Shown in pieces: positions 55,960 to 64,000 of a stretch of 64,000 nt of DNA (positions are counted from its first letter, which is position 1; each line of letters opens with the position of its first letter). The position numbers were made by a program, and so were the translations under genes. Below the pieces are notes generated by a model that searched no databases, was not told the origin of the DNA, and saw nothing but the letters and a program-made list of their open reading frames with translations. The stretch comes from Octopus sinensis. Lineage: Eukaryota. Where the stretch lies: assembly GCF_006345805.1 (NCBI RefSeq), contig NC_042999.1, forward strand, positions 138,818,001 to 138,882,000, given 5' to 3'.

Positions 55960-56882
55960 TGGTGAGACACCCGGGGTGTCAATAAAGGCTGACGGTGTGG
56001 CACTGGGCCGGCGTCAGCGGTGGCCACCCTGGGTCCCTTGATGTGGTGGTCTTGAGTGCTGTTGTGAGTGCCCCTGGCTCTGAAGACGATGTGTATCCAG
56101 GCCAGTTGTCCCACAATTTTCTCTGCCATTTCCACAAAATTTCTTTGTTCTGCTGCCGCCGTCTGCATTTCCTCTGCAAATGTGCGCCTTCTCCTTGTTG
56201 GGGCATTACGCACACTATGTCTGCATATTTCTGGGGCAGCTTGTATTTGTTCTGGTTTTGGTTAAGGCATTTTGGTCGAGTGGGTTTGATGCAATTTCCA
56301 TAGGGCCTGGGATGAGCGAACCTGCATCCTTCCCCTGTTTCTCCATGCCAGCAGGTTCCATTCGGAAGAATTTGCATGTTATCTGGGTTTTCTTGTCCCC
56401 AGTTCTCTCTGTTTTTTCTTCCTCCGTTGGACGGTTGTCCACTGGTTCCTTTCCGCATAGGTCTTTTCATCTGGGTGGTTTTTTTCTGTTTCCCCATCGC
56501 CGCCTATCTGTTGTTTGCCCTGCTTGCCTTCTTCGACTGTGGCAGTGGGCGTGTCATTTTTTGACACTCTGTGGTTGGTGTTTCCTGTTTCCATCTCTCT
56601 CTCTTTGTCTTTGTCCACCTTGAGGACTTGGCTTAGCAAAGCCATGTGTGGTGCAATGAGAGTGTAGGCCCTTTCGACTTCTCTTTTCTTCCTCTCTACT
56701 TGCGCCAACGTCCTCGTAAAGCCATGGCTTTTCAGGGTCGCCGCTATGTTTTTAGTTGGTTGCGATCTGTCGGCCGAGCTCCATCCTCTGATGAAAACTT
56801 CCACCTCTACTTTCGTCCAGTTACGCTGGCTTTTGTTGACGCCAGTGTTTGCATTCACCTCTAATTTTTGCATGTTGTCCAT
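55947..56882 (-). CDS. LINE ORF1 (frameshifted as assembled): Myb/SANT-like (trihelix) domain plus CCCH zinc finger
   Basis: N-terminal NWTKVEVEVFIRGW...IAATLKSHGFTRTLAQVERKKREVERAY. Restoring one A in each of two A-runs gives RRKKKTERTGDKKTQITCKFFRNGTCWHGETGEGCRFAHP. A further frame change is needed near the C-terminus. Confidence 0.75.
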
Positions 56883-57543
56883 TCCGTTGTAGCGGGGAGA
56901 GAGAGAGAAGCTGTGAGGGAAAAAGGGAGAAGGGAGGAGAGAGGAAGAGATTGTGATTGTGAGGAAGGAAGGAATTATATTATATTATATTATATTAATT
57001 TATATTAATCTAATAGTGCAATAGGGGGTAGGGAGAAAGTAGAGAAAGGGAGCGTCTATGTACTTAAGGAGAAATTGGGAGCCGAGAGTAAGAGAGAAGA
57101 GGAAGAGGAGAGACTGAGAGCTGAAGGAAGAGAGAGAGAGAAAGCGTCTATGTCCTTATATGTATCCGAGAGAGGAGAGTAAGTTAGAAGAGAGAAATGG
57201 AGAGACAAGGAGAAGCGGGAGAGAAACTGAAGAGATAGGGAGAGAAGGAAGAAATATAGAGAGAATTTATATATTTGAAAGAGGGGAGTAAGATAGAATG
57301 AGAGCTATGAAGAGACAAGGAGAAGCGTGAGTGAGAGAAACTGAAGAGACAGACAGAGAGAGAGAGAGAGAGGGGAGAATTCTAAGCGAAGCTATTTGTA
57401 CACACACACACACGCGTATACATACATACACATACACACATATACACATGTGTGCACACGCACATATATAAACAGTAGTACCAAGTGAGTATATAAAGAA
57501 ACAATAATAATAATAATGAAATAGCTGAAAGAAAACAATCCAA

Positions 57544-57794
57544 GAGATTTTACAGAAATTAAGCAGAGAAAAAGAGAAAAGAAAATATGTATTTGTCGCT
57601 ACAGACAATGTATTCTAAAATAAAAACTAATTGCGACTATACTTTTAACACACGCATATACATACACATAGAGATTTTACAGAATTTAAGCAGAGAAAAA
57701 GAGAAAAGAAGATATACATTTGTCCGTCGCTAAAACAATGTCTTCTAAAAATAATTGCGGCTATACTTCTAACACACACATATACATACACATA
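57544..57794. repeat. Tandem duplication of a ~125-bp unit
   Basis: GAGATTTTACAGAA(A/T)TTAAGCAGAGAAAAAGAGAAAAG starts at both 57544 and 57671. Confidence 0.88.
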
Positions 57795-58377
57795 GATATA
57801 TTATTATTTTCTGTTTGAAAGAACACTAATGATAACAAAATAAGTAATATTTTTTTTTTTCCTTACCTTACCGGCTGAGAGAGAGTACTTACGCGATTCC
57901 TTTTTATGAGAAAGGAAGATAGATAGACAAAATAGATAGACAAGACCTTTTATTCTCCAAGCGCTTTGTAAACAAAAGGGATTTGAGTTTCGATTTAGCA
58001 CGTGCAACAGTTTGTATTTCCCTAAGCGATTTGGTATTAAGCAGCAAATTTTTCAGAGGCTTTTTTCAGAACACGCAGATATACATCAAAAACGAAAATA
58101 TCCTGTGTCTTGTTGATTCACAGACGAAGAATAAAATTCACTTCGATTTCGGGAAAGTAACACACGTGCGTTTTAACACGTGTATTCGCGAGTATGTTCT
58201 AGTTGCAAAACACTATATCAAAAGCGAAAATATTCTTCTCAAATACAGTGACTTGTTGTACTTTCACTTATATTCGCTTTGCAGACAATTTCGCTTCTGA
58301 TAACATCGATCTCTGGAAGGACTTCCTTAATGTTTAGGAGAGAGACGTTAACACACTTGTTGTTAGTTCAGCGCCAT

Positions 58378-58443
<66 letters not shown>

Positions 58444-58639
58444 CATGACTACATATTTACATTTACATGACATAGTATACATATACACGCACGCACACAC
58501 ATACACACACACACACACGCGTACACGAACCATATTATAAATATATATATATATATGTACATACATATACACATATATGTGTACATACATATGATGTATA
58601 TATATATATATATATATGAGATAAATATTTATTCTTTTA

Positions 58640-59410
58640 CTAGTTCCAAGGTATTGTCTTCTGCAAATATTGCAGAAGAACAAGCTGGTTTCAGAGAAAA
58701 TAAAAGCACCATAGAACAAATATTTAATCTCAGAGTCCATGTTGAAAATCATCTAGAGCATCTAAGAGAATTATACCACGTTTTCTCTCCTACACTCTTT
58801 AACACCTTTCTAGAAAGAATCATGTCAAATGCACTCGAAGACCATCACCAACCTCTGATTCGCCGCTGACATCGATGGCCCGGCAGGAACAAAAACAGAG
58901 TTGGAAAACTTGATGAAACAGTTATACAGTACATCAAAGCCATACGGTATGGCAATACGTACAGAGAAAACTAACCAAAATTATGGCCAACGAAACAAGA
59001 ATGTACCAGAAATGACATCACATTGATCGGACACGCACTAGAAACTGTCAGCAAGTTCAGTTACCTAGAAGCTATCGTCAATGACGAACGATCCAGGCTA
59101 GAATCCTCTCTCGAATTGGACAGGTAACAGCAGCGCTCTGAGAACGCAGGACAATCTGGGAAGAGAGGAACATTATGTTCTGTACAAAAGTCAGACTGAT
59201 GTGATCACTTGTGATTTCCATATTTCTATACGCCTGCAAGGCACAGTGGAAAGTGGACGATAGCAAGGCAGGCCATGGAAGATAGAGCTTGTAACATCAA
59301 GGAATGGACAGACTTCAATTGCGCTAACATGAAGTGAGCGGCATATAACTGAAAGGCTGCAAAGTCTGGTTGCGACGTCGTCAACGACTGCCCAATGACC
59401 ACACAGTCAA
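58640..59410 (+). mobile_element. Internally deleted RTE-clade LINE fragment
   Basis: EEQAGFRENKSTIEQIFNLR, SPTLFNTFLERIM, degenerate ADDID and EKT motifs. Confidence 0.8.
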
Positions 59411-60899
59411 AAGATAAGATATAGCATATAGGACTGAATGAATTCTAAAACAATGGGTAGGGTATTTTACAAATCTTTTTACAACCAATCTACAGTTGGA
59501 TGGTATAGATCTTAGAAATCTATAATCTTAATATAGAGGACATCAACATTGTCATTAAATAGATCAGCTGAGGAATATCCAGGGAACTAATGCTATACTA
59601 GCTGATGTTAATAAGCGTGGGGAAGCCGTGCTAATCTTTTGACCACACTATCAATATATGAAATAGTTCAATAGTTTATAACCGTCTCTGCTTGAAAACA
59701 GGCTTTCGGTTCCTAGAGTCTACGTTTTTTTTTCTTCTTGTAGACTTAGATATTCAAACTATGGCACAGCTTTGTAATGGAAGTCATATCGTCGAACGAC
59801 GTTTTGCCGAAAGACATTTTATCAAACGGCTTTTTATAGAAACCATTATTTTTTAATGAAAAACCACCTTACACAATGTCTTTTCACTGCACTGCATTTT
59901 ATTGAACCAACTTCTTACCAAAACGACTTTTCGCACAACATTTTTGCAAATGTAGAATAATTTTGTAGAATAATTTTATCTATAGAACAATTTTAAATAG
60001 AGAATAATATTTAATGCAATGTAAGTGCTAAAATTCTAGATAATTTTTCCAATATATTATTTTGTAAAGTATTTATAGGGCAACTAATCGAAAATAGTGG
60101 ATTATTTTCAAATTAATAGTAGTCTGATCATTGATTAGTTGAAACAAAAATATTACTGATGAGCTCTGTAAAACGATCAAGTTGTGGTGATTCTACGTTG
60201 AACTTTATGAATTTGCACACTATTTTCACATACAAGCATACACAGATATCACCCACTTACGCACACATACACATGTAGAATGGATTAATTTCTTCTACAT
60301 ACACAATACACATAGACGCATACATATTTACCTTTAATATATAAATAGACACTATGAGTATTCGTTACAACTTTAAAATTTGCTAAATGATTTGTTAAAT
60401 TAAAATTTCAGATGTATATTCCATTATATAATAACTAACACCGGTCATAAGCGATGGGGAGACAAACACAAAAATGTACACGCGCTCACACATACATACA
60501 TACATACATACATACATACATACATACATACATACATACATACATACAACGGTGTGCTTCTATAAAGTTTCTTGCTACCAATTTACTCACAAAGAGTTTG
60601 GAGACTTAGGTCATAGGAGAAAACACACAAAGTGGGGCGCTATGCGACTGAGGTATGCCTGAACATTTTATATACATACATACATACATACATACATACA
60701 TACATACATACATACATACAAACATACGTACATACATACGTACACGCATACATACATACACGCATACATACACAAAGGGTGCGATGGGTAAATTGTTGCC
60801 GTTTTATATTTTTAATTCCGTGCATTGTTTGTTTTTGATTTTGTCAACTACACAGTGTTGTAGGGCCAGTTGGGTACCGTATATATAAAAAAAAACACA

Positions 60900-61930
60900 G
60901 CACCATGATGCAATTCACTCGGCCAGAAATTTGGAAACGACATGCTGTACTGCTTGGCATTCGCGCCGGAAGCTCCAATACGAACATTTCAGAGTTTGGG
61001 TGTCAATCTGAGGACAGTGGAGAGGATTCGGAAAGAGTTGGATGAGTCTAATAGTGATTACAAAGGTACGGCAATTCGGAAACTCACTCTGATCGTTCAG
61101 AAAAGAACTCATGAATTTGTTGCTGAGATCCAGGATATAACTGACAACGATCTTTCCAAATCAATCAAGTCCATCGCCAGAGACATGGGAGTATCTGAGT
61201 TTCTTATCAGGCAGGTAGTGCATGAAGACATTCGGTATTCTTCATACAAGATGAGAAAGGGCCAACTTTTATCCCAAGCCATCAAGGACAAGAGGAAAGA
61301 TCGTGCTACGAAGCTTTTGAACAAAGTCAAGCATCCCCTCCAACCCAACATGCTTTGAATTTTCTCAGACGAGAAAAAATTCTGCCAGGATCAGATGGTG
61401 AACACACAGAACAACTGTTGGCTTGTCGTGTCAGCTAAACATGTACCAAGAGTGATAAATATCAAACATCCAGTCAACATCATAGTGTTTGGAGTGATCA
61501 CTAGTGATGACGACGTTATGCCTCCATTCATCTTCCCACACGGCCTGAAACTCAACACGGAGACCTCCATCAAGTGCCTGGAGGAGATAGTACTGCTGTG
61601 GGTCAAGAGGGTGACTGCTAGAAGATCATATATCTGGCAACAGGACTCTGTACATGCGACTTAAGTTATATAACCCAATCGTGGCTGTCAGACAATTTGT
61701 GCGTCACATCACCCCTAACATCTGCCCACTTAACTCCCCACACTGCAACCCACTTGATTATTATGTGTTGGGTGCAGTTGAGCGAAAGACCAACAAAACT
61801 GCTTGTAACACCAAAGATGAACTGAAGGCAAAGACTATGGCAGCATTCACCAACTTAAATAAGGAGAACGTTCAGAAGAGTTGCAAAAGATTCCGAAGTC
61901 GTCTGGAGGCCGTGGTTGAAGCCAATGGCG
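60900..61930 (+). mobile_element. Decayed Tc1/mariner transposase, maT/Bmmar1 (DD37D)-like
   Basis: HTH region (SIKSIARDMGVS), FSDEK, WQQDS, NSPHCNPLDY and RLEAVVEANG motifs, with a stop and a deletion. D-D spacing cannot be counted because of the deletion. TIRs were not found. Confidence 0.88.
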
Positions 61931-61944
61931 TGTGTGTGTGTGCT

Positions 61945-61991
<47 letters not shown>

Positions 61992-62092
61992 GTATGTATC
62001 TATATGTGTGTGTGTATGCATTTGTAAACTTGTCACCAATAACGGCGAATAAGCCGAAACTTTGTAGTCACTGTCAATCAGTTCGTCCGTCC

Positions 62093-62198
<106 letters not shown>

Positions 62199-62199
62199 A

Positions 62200-62230
<31 letters not shown>

Positions 62231-63149
62231 GCTAACCACTAAACAACATATCCATTTAAAATCATCGTATTAGAAGTTGCCGCAAATTTATTAAAAGAAG
62301 AAAAATAAATAAAGCGACATTGCACAGAGCCATGTGCAATAAATAATACATCACATCACCTCATAGTCTATTTATAAATGCTTTCTAGAAAGGAAAAACA
62401 ATAAAAATTCCTGGTTCAAAATTAAACTTACCCAGCTTTTCTCATGAAAAGTCTATATCTATTGAAAATGGTTGCTAAGAATATTTATCATAAGATTAAC
62501 TTACTTAGGTGACCTTATTCAGCTTACATAGTGGTTCAAAATCGCAAGACACTAGACTCTAACATGTCGCCGGCTGTCTCTGTGCCTGAATATTTATCAA
62601 GATTTACCTTTAGTTCCTACACTTATCGCATCGAACTGTTTCGTATTGTAAACGCATGAACGTGCTTTCTTTTGACAGTCAAATTTTGTTTCCTGACGTC
62701 TTCAGATTATATCCATACAGAATTAAAACAATAACAGATAACTCTATTACACCGCCTTCCTTTTTATTTTGCAAGTTTTTGTCCTTGATGTCGTCAACGA
62801 TTCGAGCTATAGTTAATGAACCTAAGTGACTTCATAATGGTATTAAAGGTGTTCTTTATAACAGATACGTGTGGGCGTGCGTATTTTCTTTCCACTTCTA
62901 AAACTCACTACATCATACATATGATTCTTATCAGATCTGTTTCTTCAAACGGGTTTTGAAGAAAAGGTATCATAAAATTCTAAATATTAAGCATACATTT
63001 AGCATTAAGAAGAGAAATAAATAAAATAATATATCTAATTTCATACTCTAATATATTAATAGTGTTTTATATTTTGTTCGTACAGTCCTGGCATGCTCTC
63101 TCTCTCTCTCTCTCTCCATATAACAACAACAACAACAACAACAACAATA

Positions 63150-63690
63150 GTCCCTTGGGCACTTTGCAACAAGTATGGACTTGACAGAGCAAAACATTGG
63201 TACGACCACAAACCTGAAAGTATTGTCGAAAATAGAAATGCAAAGACCTTATGAGATTTTATGATTCAGTGCGACCATGAAATTGAGAATAGGATGCCGG
63301 ACATAGTCTTAATTGAGAAAGAAAACAAACTATGCTGGATCATAGATATAGTATGCCCAGCTGACAACAAGGTATGCGATAAAGAAGAAAGAAAAGTCGA
63401 GAGATATGACAAGTTAGCTTGGGAAGTTAAGCAGTTGTGGTCGATGAAAAAGGTAGCAGTAGTACCAATAATTGTCGGAGCCCTGGGAACAGTGAGCAAA
63501 AATCTCGAGAAGCACGTGGAACAAATAGGGGCTGCAATAAGGGTGGAGCACTTGCAGAAAACAGCACTGCTTGGAACCACTCGAAAAATAAGAGGTGTTA
63601 CCTTAGTTCACTGGTAGGTGCTCGAAAAATAAGAGGTGTTACCTTAGTTCACTGGTAGTGAACAGCTGACACTGTAGTTTATCTCCAGCG
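63150..63690 (+). mobile_element. 3' fragment of an RLE-class non-LTR element
   Basis: IQCDHEIENRMPDIVLIEK...WIIDIVCP...VPIIVGALG...LQKTALLGT. Lies between (AAC)n and (TAC/TGC)n, with a 38-bp tandem duplication at 63580-63658. Confidence 0.87.
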
Positions 63691-63708
63691 TTAGAAGCTG
63701 TGCAAAGG

Positions 63709-63890
<182 letters not shown>

Positions 63891-64000
63891 ATAATAATAA
63901 TAAAATGACAACAAATGAATGAAACCTCGATATTAGGTATGATAGATCGCTTGCCACTAAACCTTTTTCTATTTTCTCTCCCCGTTTATTTCTGTGTTCC

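Larger units (their letters stand above)
52935..57395 (-). mobile_element. Apparently full-length CR1-group LINE (APE + RT) with ORF1, a pyrimidine-rich 5' UTR and a short repeat tail
   Basis: On the minus strand in order: CT-rich leader with internal repeats (~56885-57395), ORF1, ORF2, a ~75-nt 3' UTR ending ...GAAACAAGTAAAACAGTAAAAGAGTA. The 5' boundary is approximate and no clear TSD was seen. Confidence 0.93.

Noticed and set aside
54421-56864. Plus-strand ORFs of 60-164 aa over the LINE
   Set aside because: They are antisense shadows of the GC-richer LINE coding region, with no motifs.

Overview
AT-rich, repeat-dense animal DNA, most likely an octopus or other coleoid cephalopod. That is inferred from my recollection of these SINE families and the extreme microsatellite load, not from a search. 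Most ORF-track entries are microsatellite artefacts. One real host gene is visible on the minus strand. A 149-nt exon missed by the ORF track (47610-47758) encodes the second half of a Zasp/ALP-Enigma-type PDZ domain. It is splice-phase compatible with a 1234-nt Ser/Pro/Tyr-rich exon (33719-34952) that ends in 21 consecutive prolines. The other exons were not found. The rest is a layered set of mobile DNA: (1) an apparently full-length CR1-group LINE (52935-~57395, minus) with a Myb/SANT-like plus CCCH ORF1, whose inspected breaks are 1-nt deletions in homopolymers; (2) at least four tRNA-derived SINE families; (3) L1/Tx1-, RTE-, CR1- and R4/Dong-like fragments; (4) a decayed mariner, a Helitron-like element and MITE-like inverted repeats. 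The most interesting signal is two candidate SINE-LINE partnerships visible inside the window. In each, the SINE and LINE share a 3' tail with a stem-loop kept by compensatory changes. One SINE family also forms head-once/body-many multimers flanked by target-site duplications. All alignments were done by eye, so identities and boundaries are approximate.
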